A stretch of 64,000 nt of DNA, taken from the NCBI RefSeq assembly GCF_963921235.1, contig NC_086107.1, positions 99,946,001 through 100,010,000 of the forward strand. Direction: 5' to 3'. The notes under the pieces were generated by a model. It was not told the origin of the DNA and did no database searches. It saw only the letters and a program-made list of their open reading frames with translations. The position numbers were made by a program, and so were the translations under genes. Positions 49,651 to 62,539 of this stretch are shown in pieces (within the stretch, counting starts at the first letter, position 1; every line of letters begins with the position of its first letter). Origin of the DNA: Mobula hypostoma. Its lineage: Eukaryota.

Positions 49651-50259
49651 TATGTTTGGTATAATTGTGAGACAATCAGAAAGCTGGAAACACCCAGCGG
49701 GTCGAGCAGCTTCCTCGGGGAGAGGTTGTTGATGGTTCAGGTTTGTGGTCCACAGTAGCCTACTGCCTCATGCATCTCCACGTAACTGAGAAGGCTAAAT
49801 GCAGGATCGATTTCAATTTTCCCTCTTCTCTTTTGAATAATTCCTCGGACCTGTGTCCAGTGGCGATCCCTGCATCTAGTGAGTTACTGATTCTGGCGTT
49901 TGCCAACGAAACGGAGTAAGGTGGAGAAATCCTTGCTGGGTATGTCTGTGTGGACGTTATCAAGATGGCTGCAACGTGCTGCCCTGTAGTTCAACAGCCT
50001 GAGGGCAGACCGAAGAGAAGACTGGTTCCTCAGGCATGGTGGCAAAGAGGGTGGGTGTGTGGAAACAAAACCCAGCGTGGGACATTATGGGAATGGGAAT
50101 GGAAGTAAAGAGAAGAATCCTGCTATCTTGATCATGGGCTGATTGCTTGGCATGTAATTGTGTTTTCTCATATGTTTACAGATATGCATGTATTATTGAG
50201 TTAATAAATGATTGTTCATTTTAAATTGCTGAAGTTTTTTTGGTTCAGAGTTCTTGCAT

Positions 50260-51005
50260 ACAAGGTAAATGGTAAGGCACTGAAGAGTGCAGTAGAACAG
50301 AGGGATCTGGGAATACAGATACAAAATTCCCTAAAAGTGGCGTCACAGGTAGATAGGGTCGTAAAGAGAGCTTTTGATACATTGGCCTTTATAAATCAAA
50401 GTATTGAGTATGAGCTGGAATGTTATGGTGAGGTTGTATAAGGCATTGATGAGGCCGAATTTGGAGTATTGTGTGTAGTTTTGGTCACCAAATTACAGGA
50501 AGGATATTAACAAGGTTGAAAGAGTGCAGAGAAGGTTTACAAGGATGTTGCTGGGACTTGAGAAACTCAGTTACAGAGAAAGGTTGAATAGGTTAGGACT
50601 TTATTCCCTGGAGCGTAGAAGAATGAGGGGAGATTTGATAGAGGTATATAAAATTATGATGGGTATAGATAGAGTGAATGCAAGCAGGCTTTTTCCACTG
50701 AGGCAAGGGGAGAAAAAAACCAGAGGACATGGGTTAAGGGTGAGGGGGGAAAAGTTTAAAGGGAACATTGTGGGGGGGGGGCTTCTTCACACAGAGAGTG
50801 GTGGGAGTATGGAATGAGCTGCCAGATGAAGTGGTAAATGAGGGCTCACTTTTAACATTTAAGAAAAACTTGGACAGGTACATGGATGGGAGGTGTATGG
50901 AGGGATATGGTCCAGGTGCAGGTCAGTGGGACTAGGCAGAAAAATGGTTCGGCACAGCCAAGGGCCAAAAGGCCTGTTTCTGTGCTGTATGTTCCATGGT
51001 TCTAT
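50260..51005 (+). mobile_element. CR1 LINE 3' fragment (fairly young)
   Basis: [43 protein letters not shown]; tail ttccatggttctat. Confidence 0.92.
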
Positions 51006-51139
51006 CTCATTTTTTTGAAATTATAGAATCATAGAGTCACACACGGAGTCTGAAACAGGCCCTTCAGCCCATATGTCCAGCAGCCTTATTTCATTAGGAG
51101 TCTGAAGAGATTTGGTATATCACAAAAGACTCTTGCAAA

Positions 51140-51752
51140 TTGGACGCAGCGCGCGCGGCCATCCCGAATGAATACGTATGTGTTAACTGGGGGGCTGTGC
51201 ACAATCCGGATTTGATGGAGACAGCCGTGAGAAGCACGAAGGAACACCTGGAGAAACTTCTGAAAATGCCTGCTTCGCTGCTGCTGCTACTGTGCGATCG
51301 AGAATTTCCGGAGAGAAGGCCCCAAATCCTTGGCTTTGCCTGTTGCCGGGGCCAGGGTCGAAGCGCTCGGCAGAGATGGTGCTCGGTGCTCGGTATCGGA
51401 GCTGGTTGGAGGCTTGGAGTTTTTCAGACGGACTCGGAGTCGGACTGTGGTCAGATGCTTCCGGTATGCTGCATAGGCAAGTTTGCGGCGCTGGAGGTTC
51501 ACTGTCTGCATGAGATGATGGGACTTTCGAGAGACTTTGAGACTTTTTACCGTGCCATGGTCTGTTCTTACCAAATTACGGTATTGCTTTGCACTGTTGT
51601 AACTATATGTTATAATTATGTGGTTTTTGTTAGTTTTTAAGTCGGTTTGTCATGTGTTTCTGTGATATCATTCTGGAAAAACATTGTATCATTTCTTAAT
51701 GCATGCATTACTAAATGACGATAAAAGAGGACTGTGTGTCCTTATAATCTAA
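51140..51752 (+). mobile_element. CpG-rich non-coding retroposon, sister subfamily of the copies at 52609 and 60790
   Basis: Shares blocks gcagcgcgcgcggcc and gatttgatggagacag, and the 3' end taaatgacgataaaagaggac...taatctaa. Confidence 0.8.
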
Positions 51753-52289
51753 TGTAAAAGTTTCTGTAGATGTAAGTTGGAGAGCTTTCTGTCTGGTTGC
51801 ACCGCAGCCTGGTGTGAAGCCCCTCCAAGACACAGGATCACAAGATACTGTAGAGGGTTGGAAACTCACCCAAATCCAACATGGACATTCAAAGTACATT
51901 TATTATCGAAGTATGTATACAGAACATAGTCCTGTTGAAGAATCTCGGCCTGGAACATGGACTGTACTCTTTTCCATAGATGCTGCCTTGCCCGTTGGGT
52001 TCCTTCAACATGTGTGTATGGCTTGGACTTCCAGCACCTGCAGATTTTTCTCTTCCTTGCGATTCGGAATACAGTTCTGAGACTCGTCTTCCCGCAGGCA
52101 GCCACGAAACAGGGAAACACCACGGAACCCGTTCAGAAAAATCACCAAACACCCAATGCACGAGAAAAAAACAAATTGCACAAACGGCAAAATGCGAGCG
52201 AAGAACACTTAGAATATCAACATCAAACCAGGAGTCCAGGAGTAGTCGACTTAGTTCAGTTCAGCACCTCTAGCTGACTACAGGCCCTC

Positions 52290-53634
52290 TGGGTCATTGA
52301 GGCCTTTTCCACAGTGAAATGTATTTGTTTAAGAGCTCGCTTTCATAACCTGGCTCTGTGCACTGAGTATCAGTTGTATATGTTTGTATTTTAAAAAAAC
52401 AGTGATTTTTGTCACAGATAGTTGGTAAGAAATAAGCAGTAAGACATTTCGGAACTGTTTTGATCACTGCGGTTTCAAGCATTCAGGCTTGGAGATGCCA
52501 GAAACAGAGGGTAGCGAAGATGAAGCAATTTCACTAATTCAACAAATTAGGAACTACAAAGAATTTGAAGGTATCGACAATCATCTTGAATGTTACAATG
52601 AAAATGAAGGAGAAGATGGCGATGCGATGGCAGCGCGCGCGGCCTCTCCGGTGGTGAATATCTGTCATCTGTCAAGTAGGGGACCGTGCACAATTCTGAT
52701 TTGATGGAGACAGATGTGAGAGTACAGAGGAACATCTGGAAAACTTCTGACATGCCCGCTTTGCTGCCGCTGCTACTATGTGGTAACCGGAATCTCCAGA
52801 GCAGAAGGCCCCAAATCCTCGGCTTTGCGTGTTTCAGCGGCCGGGGAGAGGTCGAAGGCGCTCGGGAGGCTGTATCGGAGAGGCTGCTCGGAAGCTCGGA
52901 GTTTTCGGTCGCATGGACTCAGTGTCGGCTGTGGTCGGCTGCTTCCAAGGTATCGGCAAGTTGACGGTGCCTGGAGGTTTATGGCAGGGAGTTTCGCCCT
53001 TTTGCCGCCTGCTATCAGGGACTCAGGAGTCGATCGACTCGGGACTTTGAGACTTTATTTTTACTGTGCCCATGGTCTGTTTTTCATCAAATTATGGTAT
53101 TGCTTTGCACTGCTGTAACTATATGTTATAATTATGTGGTTCTGTCAGTGTTAGTCTTTGGTTTGTCCTGTTTTCTGTGATATCACTCTGGAGAAACATT
53201 GTATCATTTCTTAATGCATGTATGCATTTCTAAATGACAATAAAAGAGGACCGAGTGTTCTCATAATCTAAAAATCTAAAAAAAAGATTTGGAAGATGCA
53301 ATTGTCGATAGCATTGTAAGAAGGCAATTCATTATCTGCACTGGTACGTTAACAGTCAATCAAAAGAACACTGTAGCATACACTGGATGAATTTCTCTGC
53401 CGATAACAATTAGGAACCGATGCAGTTTCATGATACTGTAGTTGTATTGGTAATGTTCTAATTTGCTCTGTATTTCATTTAAATACACAACTTGTTACTC
53501 AGTTAAAGGGTAGTTAGTCTTTATATACTTTTTTAAAAAAACTATTTCCATAAAACTTTGGCTAATTGGAGCAGCTGCTTAATTGGGCCAAAACCTGCTG
53601 GTCCCGATGTGTCCCAGTTAACTGGAATCCGCTG
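52290..53634 (+). mobile_element. pogo/Tigger-like DNA transposon remnant hosting a retroposon
   Basis: Right-end motif gtcccgatgtgtcccagttaactggaatccgctg; the acidic C-terminal frame (NHLECYNENE|DLEDAIVDSI) is contiguous across the 52609-53285 insertion. Confidence 0.65.
52609..53285 (+). mobile_element. ~675-bp non-coding retroposon starting GGAGAAGATGGCG, with an (ATCTAAA)-type tail
   Basis: Clean interruption of the host element; near-identical inverted copy at 60790-61443. Confidence 0.85.
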
Positions 53635-54249
53635 ATCATTGCAGAGGGACAGTGGTGGGTCGTCATGGTAAGTCAACAACCACAAAGGTGCCTCCTCATG
53701 GGCAGGCAGCGTGATAAGCCCAGGGTTGATTGATGTCCCTTAGGCACAGGCTTCTATTGAAAAGCAGAAGATGAACAATATTGATTGGGAAAAAAATTGT
53801 GTCTACACGATACATTGATTCTAAAATACGTGGCTGCCAGTTCTGAGATCTGCAACGATCCACCTCTTCAAACCTTCCGTGTGATCCAGCCAAGTGTTGG
53901 TCTGTTATTGCTACTGAGAGTCAGTGATCTGACGGCCAGCTGACTGAGCCCCGAATGCGGGAGAAAGGTAGCGGGGTAAGTATGTGAGAGCAGGTCATTT
54001 GAAATTTCAAAGGAAATGATTTAAATTGTGGATTAATGGGAAGGAATGGAGACCCCAAACTTCAAAAATCTTCCTCTGTGATCCTCCCCTGAGCGGGACA
54101 GTTACCTGAGGGGTCTGTGGATACTCGAGGTGTGTGGAAATCACAAGGCTGCCCCTCACTCTCAGCTCAGCTTTCCTTGTCAAGCAACACTTGCAGCAAA
54201 CTTTGTTCTTAAAAACACCAGCTTAAATGTTTAATATTCAATACTTTAA

Positions 54250-54808
54250 CAGACATCCCACCTCTCCCGGAAGTCTCCCGCATATGTATAGTGGCTCCCA
54301 TGTGCCCACAAATTATGTACAATATCACAGAAATCAATTTTTTTGAGAGCGAGCAAGCGAGAGTGACCACGAGAGAGAGAGCACGCGAGAGAAAGCAAGC
54401 AAGAGCACGAGAGAGCGCGCGAGCAAGAGAGAGCGAGAACGCGAGAGCGTGCCATGGCAGAGTGTTCCAAAAAAAAAGAAAATATAAAACGTACGTCACC
54501 CCAGACTACCCTAAAGTGTACCCCTGCCTAATAGGGGTCAAAAATAATGACAGTGTTGCTCGCTGCACTGTTTGCAACAGTGACTTTTCTATTGCCCATG
54601 GTGGGTTAAGACTGTAAAAGACATGTTGAGGTGAGTTTAACAGGTGTCATTCGTTCATTAGCATAGCTAATGTTATTAAAACTAGCTGGCTAGCTGCTAA
54701 GGAGCTACTCTATTGCAGACATCCCACCTCTCCCGGAAGTTCCGGGAGTCTCCTGCAAATTGATGGTGCCACCTCCCTGAACTGAGTTTTTGCAGGGTGG
54801 GATGTCTG
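54250..54808 (+). mobile_element. Non-autonomous DNA transposon with a BED-finger fragment (hAT-like), 6-bp TSD
   Basis: TIRs CAGACATCCCACC / GGTGGGATGTCTG; CTTTAA on both flanks; MAECSKKKRK...ARCTVCNSDFSIAHGG. Confidence 0.82.
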
Positions 54809-56926
54809 CTTTAAGGGGTTAATTTCAAGGCCACAGACTAATGACTCTCATTTTAAATTGTGGCAATCGTGCTCTTGCTGCTTAGCAACGAGAGGTCGAA
54901 GTGCAGACAAAGGCAGCTGTAAATTCCAAACTTTTGTTGCATTCCTGAAGGCTTTTTTAAATGGTCAGTTAATTCAGGACAAAAGTCACCCAGGGTCTGG
55001 CCCAGCTGTTTTGCAGGGTCAGAGAACAGCAGCTGGTTTTATTACGCTCTTTCCAATGAGATTTGAACCAAGGCTTCAAGGTGGGTGTAGATCAGGGAAG
55101 TTGAACTGTGAACTGCAGATACCTCAAAACAATTGGCCCGTTAACTGATTGAAGCCGTACACCATCTCCTTGTTCTCAGTGGCTGTAAATTTTGGACTAG
55201 GGGCTTGGGCAGAGTAAATAAGGGGCAACTGATTCTGACTGATGATTAGAGAAGTTTTATTTGACAACAGAACCAGGGCAGATGAGAATTATTTTTAAAA
55301 GGCGTTGGTCATTATAATCTTAAACAGGAATGGATTTGTGATTCACAATAGTTTGCATTTTTCCCACTCCTCTCTGTCACATTCATAATGGGCTGTAAAT
55401 AGTTTTGGATTTAGCCAAGGGTTGTAAAAGCCGCCACAGAAATGCAAATTAAAGATAATAGTATTCCAAAGTTCTTCACGGGAGCATGATCAAAGATGTA
55501 GGACTAGGTGCTGTGGGGTGCACTGAAGCTTGGTGTAATCACCACAACAGGCTCTGGGGGTGGGGGGGAAGGATCGCAGTCTAGGGTCCTGTTGTCATTG
55601 GCACTAAGGGACTGGGCCTTGGGTATCCTGTCTCTCAGACATGGATGCAGAGTTTAATGAGGAAGCATCATGCGTTAACAGCACTGTTAGTACGGTGAAT
55701 GTAGAGAAAGATTGATTGTGTTTACTGCATACAATCTAAAGCATGTTTTTGAAATTAAAAAGAAGCATGATGTGATACCAAGCCCTACTGAGAGATCAAA
55801 TATTAGGTCAGATGGCTTTTAATGGGGGTTCAGAGGGGGGAAAAAAGAGATAAGAGGATTTGGAAAACGCATTCCAGAGCCTAGCACCAAGGCAGCTTAA
55901 GTTACTGGTGCTGCAGCAATGAAGGTCGGGAATGGAAAGATTCAAGATTGTTTAGTATAATTTCCTGCACACAAGTGTAAAGCAGAACAAGATAACAGTT
56001 ACTCCTGATCTGATGAAGCACAAAAAAAAAAGACTAAGAAACAAAACACAGGAGATTCTGCAGATGCAGGAAATCCAGAGCAGCACGCACACACAAAATA
56101 CTGGCGAAGTTCAGCAGGTCAGGCAGCACCTATTGAAATGAATAAACAGTTGACGTTTCAGGCTGAGATCCTTCATCCGGCCTGTTTTGGATTCTGCTGT
56201 CAAAACCTCAGGGTAGGGTGTTCGAATCCCACCACAAAACGAAAGCAAATTTAAGAAATCTGATCTTTTCAGGGCAAACCCAGAGGAAGCTGCAGGTACT
56301 ATGGAAACATAATTGGGTCACTTATGTTCTTCGGGACAAGAAACCTCTCTAGTGTATTTAGGCGTGACTCCTGTGGCACACACTGTGTGATAAAGCAAGC
56401 AGGGATGGGCTGTTAGCCAGCCAGGCTAATATTGACACACCCTAACACTAACACAACTACAATTAAATTGGATTCAGATCAACGTTTGCTGCTCACCATG
56501 TCAATACAACACCACACTGATGGCTGCTACTCTATGTTTGAAGCTGCTTGAGTCTGGCGTGGCATTGTGTTATTTGTTTTTTTTTGCGGTGAGGGGAGTG
56601 GATTGAGTTAGGTAGTTGGGTGGGGAGGGTTGGTCAGTCCGAGCTGCTGGGCTCAACCAGGTGGCGGATTGCCTGAAAAAGTTTAGATCTGCGTCAACAG
56701 GTCTTGCTATCACAAGGAGTGGAGAAAGTTGGAACAGGAGTAGCCCACACAGTAACCCCATTACTTAATGTGGTTACAGTTCTGGTTGTCAGCATTCATC
56801 CACCTGTATCTTGCACAGCAGTGACAGAAGTTGGGCCAACAAACCACAAACCTTGCCCGTTTCAACGTAGTCAGTGATATAGGGGTCTCCATGGCTGTCT
56901 GCAGGACCTATTCTCCAGGATAATGA

Positions 56927-57360
56927 GGTGACACACTGGCGCAGTTAGCAGAACTCCTGCCTCTCAGCACCAGAGACCCAGGTTCAATCTCGACTGCTGG
57001 GGCACTGTCTGTGTGGAGTTTGTTGCTCTTTCTGTGACTGTGTATGTTTCCCCTGCGTGCTTATTTCCTCCCGCATCCCAAAGTTGTGTAAATTGGCAAC
57101 CCTAAATTGTCCTTAGAGGGGAGGTATGTGGTAAATTTGGGGCAGGGGTTCCCATCTTGGGGTCCACAGACCCCTTGCTTAATGGTATTGGTCCCTGGCA
57201 TTAAAGATTGGGAACCCCTGATCTGGGACAGAGGGGGAAGTTGATAAACATGTGGTGAGAATTAAGAAGTGGGATTAACACCATTTTAATGGAAATAGGT
57301 GCCAGAGATACAACAGGCTGAAAGGCCTGTTTCTGTCTTGCATCCGTCTATGATTCTCTG
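56927..57360 (+). mobile_element. HE1/V-type tRNA SINE with a nested 78-bp MITE (57143-57220)
   Basis: A/B-box-like head tggcgcagttag..ggttcaatctc; V-domain-like centre; CR1-like tail; MITE TIRs caggggttccca / tgggaacccctg. Confidence 0.8.
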
Positions 57361-57459
57361 AAAGTTAGTCAAATTAGTCAAATGATTCTCTGAAAAGTAG
57401 GCAAAACTGCTAGCCGCAGTCTGGGTGACCACTTCCTGTCTCTAGACTTTCTTAGAAGT

Positions 57460-58060
57460 TTCTGTAAATTTGAGCTTGTCATCTAAAACTTTCACAAACT
57501 TCTGTAGATGTGTGGTGGAGAGTATAATGACCGGCTGCATCACAGCCTGGTATGGAGACACCAATGTCCTGGAATGGAAAATGCTACAAAAAGTGGTGGA
57601 TATGGCCCAGTCCATCACAGGTAAAGCCCTCTCCACCACTGAGCGCATCTTTTAGGAGCGTTGTCACAGGAAATCCATCATAAAAGAACCCTCACCATCT
57701 AGCCCATGCTCCCTTTTGCCTGCTGCCACCAGGAGGGAGATACAGGAGCCTCAGGGCTCACACCACCAAGTTCAGGAATAGTTATTACCCCTCAACTATC
57801 AGGCTCATGAACCAAACTTCATTCACCCTGACACTGAACTTCAACAACTTGTAGACTCCACAACTCGTTCTCAATATCTATTATTTATTTATTTTTCTTT
57901 GTGTGTCTGCATATCTTGCCTCTTGCACATTGGTTGTTTTTTCATCTTTGTTACGAGCAGATTTTCATTTATTCTATTGCAAATTTGTATTTACTGCGAT
58001 AGCAAGAGAGTGAATCTCGGGTAGTACATGGTGACATACGTACAATACACTTTGGACTTT
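57460..58060 (+). mobile_element. Rex1/L2-group LINE 3' fragment
   Basis: NFCRCVVESIMTGCITAWYG..LQKVVDMAQSITG. Confidence 0.8.
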
Positions 58061-58144
58061 GCCTGCCAGTCAATGACTCATGTGAAGCATACTGCTGTCA
58101 GCCACAGCAAAAGTGTTTCAGAATTCAAGGAGAGACTTCCTTAA

Positions 58145-58735
58145 GCACAAGAGAGTCTGCAGATGCGGGGAATCCAAAGCAACACACGCACAAAATGCTG
58201 AAGGAACTCAGCAGGTCTGGCAGCATCTATGGAAAAGAGTAAATAGTTGATGTTTCAGGCTGAGACCCTTCTTCAGGACTGAGAAGGAAGGAGGGAAGAT
58301 GCCAGAATAAAAAGGTGGGGGAGAGGGGAAAGAGGCTAGCTGGAAGGTGATAGGTGAAGCCAGGTGGGTAGGAAAGGTAAAGGGCTGGAGAAGAAAGAAT
58401 CTGATAGAGGAGAGTGGACCATAGGAGAAAGGGAAGGAGAAGGGGACCCAGGGGGAAGTAATAGGCAGGTGAGAAGGTCAGAGTGGAGAATAGAGGAGGG
58501 AGGGGTGGAATTGTTTACCGGAAGGAGAAATTGACATTCACGCCATCAGGTTGGAGGCTACCCAGGCTGAATTCAAGGTGTTGCTCCTCCTCCCTAGGGT
58601 GGCCTCATCTTGGCACAAGAGGAGGCCATGGATCGGCACATCGGGATGGGGATGGGAATGGGAATTTAAATTCTTGGCCCTCCAGGAAGTCCCGCTTGTG
58701 GCAGATGATGCGGAGGTGCTTGACGAAGCGACTAT
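58145..58735 (-). mobile_element. Penelope-like element 3' fragment
   Basis: Terminal repeat with a near-complete hammerhead on the minus strand (58245-58280); purine-rich tract; GIY-YIG C-terminal remnants. Confidence 0.82.
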
Positions 58736-59961
58736 TTTATGAGTTTCCCACTACTGGTCTCTTACTGACAAGTGGATGTGGCAAGTAAGGAGATATTGGG
58801 CTGGAACGTGATGTCTCCATAATTAAACTAACCTAATTGCACAAGGTGGAAATAAAATGTTGGAATGCTGGTGGTGGAACAGGATCCCAGCCAGTCTCAG
58901 CTCCTGTGGGGGTGTGTCAGAGCCCAGAGGTCTTGTTCAGTTATGAATCGATGTCAAGGGGCAGGAGGACATAAAACAGAAATTCCCTGTCTTTGTCTTT
59001 GTATGCCCATCCTCAGCTGTAGGTTATAAACTCATCACTGCAAGAATCGATGTCAAATGCCATAGAGGTCACTGGGAACGCAGGTGATAAGGACGAGTAT
59101 CCCATTCAGCACTGACATATTATGGTGCCTGCTCTGTAGGACATCCAGCCTGAAGGTCCTGAGACTTGATCCTGCGGGCTCCGAGCAGAGGTTTTGCTGT
59201 AGATTGGTCGATAGAGGTGAGGAGCGAACGGTGGACTGGATGAAAGGAGGTGTTGGGGAGAAGAATGCAGAAGGGTACGGTGTACAAACACACAGGGAAT
59301 GTGTTACTGGTCGACATGAAGCCCCTTCTCATTCATTCAATCAATACGATCTGCCATTGTAAGGTCACGCCACATGGTCTGAATGGTACTTGCTCTGCAG
59401 CTCACAATACATGTATATATATATATAGTCAGTCTCAATACCACACCTATGAATTAGTTAAAGACATTGAGTGTGTTGGCCCAAACCCCCACTATGTAGG
59501 AAGGGGCTTGGTCCAGCCCATGTCTGGGCTTCTGACTGATGTCACTCTTAAGCTAAGAAGCTGAAAAAAGATCAGCTACTCTTGGAAGCTGAGGTCTGTA
59601 CACTGATCTGGGATTTTTAAAAAAATGGACTGCTATGTTGCTCATTACAGCTGACACAGCTCAAGGACATCTGCTTAGCCCACTGCTCTAATCTGTCTAC
59701 ACTCCTGACTGTGACTCAGCACAGCTTCAGTGACTTGGCATCTATAAAGTTGCTGATGACACCTCTGCTGATGGCAATGAGAAGGTGTACGGGAGCAAGA
59801 GAGATCGGCTGGTTGAATGGTGTTGCAGTAACAACCTTCCACTCATCATCAGCAAGACCAAGGAAAAGATTGTGGAGGTCAGGAAGGGGAAGTTGGGAGA
59901 ACACACCAATCCTCAGTGACAGGTCAGTGGTGGAAAGGGTGAGCAGCTCTGGGCATCAATA

Positions 59962-60322
59962 TAGATAGATAGATAGATATACTTTATTGATCCCAAGGGA
60001 AATTTGGTTTCGTTACAGCCGCACCAACCAAGAATAGAGCATAGATATAGCAATACAAAAACCATAAACAATCAAACAACAAAATGCAAACTATGCCAGA
60101 TGGAAAATAAGTCCAGGACCAGTCTATTGGCTCAGGGAGTCTGACCCTCCATGGGAGGAGCTGCAAGTTCGATGGCCACAGGCAGGGACGACCTCCCGTG
60201 CCGCTCAGTGTTGTATCTCGGTGGAATATGGCCGAAGTCCAACAGCAAAAAGTTCAATATCCGGTCTACAAACACGTTCCTCGGTCGTAATATGTCCCAG
60301 ATTGCACCACCGTTGTTAACCT
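59962..60322 (-). mobile_element. 5'-truncated second copy of the non-autonomous Rex1-like family at 18763
   Basis: Highly similar to 18763-19110, with the same internal junction and (CTAT)n tail. Confidence 0.88.
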
Positions 60323-60579
60323 CATATCTCAGAGTATCTATCTTGGGCCCAACATAACGATGCAATCATGAACAAAGCACACCAGTGGTTCTACTTCACA
60401 AGGAGCTTGAGGTGATTTGGTACGTCACCAAAAACTTGCAAATCTCTACAGAGAGCATTCCGACTGGTTGCATCATATGGAGGCTCCAATGCACAGGATC
60501 GTAAGACACTGCAGAAGGTTGAAGGCTCAGATAGCTCCATCAGAGGCATAACCCTCCCTACCATCAGGACATTCAAAAG

Positions 60580-60659
60580 CAGGGGTTCCAAACCTGGGGT
60601 CCACAAACCCCTTGGTTACAGGTGGGGGTCCATGGCATAAAAAAGGCTGGGAACCCTTG
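60580..60659. mobile_element. 80-bp hAT-type MITE
   Basis: TIRs caggggttccaaacc / ggctgggaacccttg; 8-bp TSD TTCAAAAG. Confidence 0.9.
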
Positions 60660-60789
60660 TTCAAAAGTCAGTGCCTCAAGAAGGCGAAAGCTATCATTAA
60701 GGATCTGGACCATCCAGAACATGGTCCCTCTGCGTTACCACCATCGGTGAGGAGTACAGGAGCCTGAAGACCCAGGCTCAACAATTTAG

Positions 60790-61443
60790 ATTATGAGAAC
60801 ACTCAGTCCTCATTCATTGTCATTTAGAAATGCATACATGCATTAAGAAATGATACAATGTTCCTCCAGAGTGATATCACAGAAAAACAGGACAAACCAA
60901 AGACTAACACTGACAGAACCACATAATTATAACATATAGTTACAACAGTGCAAAACAATACCATAATTTGATGAAGGACAGACCATGGGCACGGTAAAAA
61001 AAAGTCTCAAAGTCCCGAGTCGATCGACTCCCGAGTCCCCGATAGCAGGCGGCAAAAGGGAGAAACTCCCTGCCATAAACCTCCAGGCACTGACAACTTG
61101 CCGATACCTTGGAAGCAGCCGACCACAGCCGACACTGAATCCATCCGAAAACTTCAAACATCTGACCAGCCTCTCCGATACAGCCTCCTGAGCGCCTTCG
61201 ACCTCTCCCCGGCCACCGAAACACACAAAGCCAAGGATTCAGGACCTTCTCCTCCAGAGATTCCGGACCACACAGTAACAGTGGCAGCGAAGCGGGCCTT
61301 TCAGAAGTTTCTCCAGATGTTCCTCCGTATTCTCACGTCTGTCTCCATCAAATCAGAATTGTGCACGGTCCCCTACTTGACAAATAACAGACATCACCAC
61401 CGAGGTGGCCGTGCGCGCTGCGTTGTGCCGCCATCTTCTCCTC
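60790..61443 (-). mobile_element. ~655-bp non-coding retroposon (same family as 52609)
   Basis: 5' GAGGAGAAGATGGCGG on the minus strand; 8-bp TSD CAATTTAG (60782-60789, 61444-61451). Confidence 0.88.
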
Positions 61444-62539
61444 CAATTTAGGAAGAGTTTTCTCAAATTTCTGAACAGTCCATGAACCAATAAACACAAG
61501 ATCATTATTCCTCTTTTGCACGATTTATTCTTGTAACATAGTTTATTTTTGTCTTGCTTGGTACTGCTGCTGCTAAGCAACAAATTCCATAACTTATGTC
61601 AGTGATGATAAACGTGATTCTGAGTAGACATAACATGTAGGGTTTGCACTACACGGGCTATAATCAGGGGCAGAAACAGGGACTGCAGTTGAATAGCTGA
61701 GGCTGCCTACACAACATTGGAAAATCATCCAGCTGTTCGTGGTCTCTCAGATCGGATTCCAGCCAAGTCTCTTCAGCCCTGAGCTGCGCGTCTGATTTAG
61801 GTGTTCAGACGCCCCTGCCTGAGTTGCTCCGTGCAAACCCATGAGCATTTGCTCTCTGGAAGCAGGAGGGAGCTGTCCCGCATCCAACTTCTTCAGCAGC
61901 CTTACATGTTTGAACTTTCAATCTCGTCAGCCTGAAGCAGTTTTAAGGCCTCCTTTGTCTGGAAGCAGAGGTTTATCCTACTGCAGAGATGACTTCCTGT
62001 ATTGATTTGGTGATGGGATTCAGCGGGGAAAGGAGCGTGATAAGTGTGTGTTAATTGTGAACGTGAAGATGTTATTTTGACATTCCGGTTGGCAGAGGAG
62101 TCACTTCTTCCTCGTTTATGGAGGTCAAAGGTTGGAAGGTCATTGCACTGGCCAGATGCCAACATATATTAAAACGCGTCAGTGCGTTTAATCAAGTGGG
62201 ACTGCTCAGCCCTGCTTGAAGTGTGAGCAAACCTGATGGCAGATTATTCAGCTGCGGCAGATGTGAGGAATGATTTCAGACGCAGTCGGTACTCCCGGAC
62301 ACAGTCTGACTCGATAATTAGGCAGTGATTGGGGGGAATTTTCCCACATAAATCCAGCTCACACTGCTATCTTGCTCAGTGGCAACGCTGCATTAGTAAA
62401 GAAAAATCTGCTTGGGTTTGTTCCAAAATTTATTTGGATCATGGCTGATTTTTCATGTTCCTACCCTAGTTTTGTAATCCTAAAAAGCACAGGGTTGTCA
62501 CTTCACCCCGAGAGGAAATAATTCTTCATTCTACTCGAA

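Larger units (their letters stand above)
59660..61615 (+). mobile_element. Degraded Rex1/L2-group LINE hosting three younger insertions
   Basis: AQGHLLSPLL, YKVADDT and C-terminal motifs, interrupted at 59962, 60580 and 60790. Confidence 0.75.

Noticed and set aside
51140..51640. 166-aa ORF, and the overlapping ORFs at 52686-53118 and 60927-61451, as novel genes
   Set aside because: They lie in GC-rich repeat copies and the frames are not conserved between copies.
54291..54617. RE/RA-rich ORF as a host gene
   Set aside because: A GA-rich simple repeat fused to a transposase BED fragment inside a TIR element.
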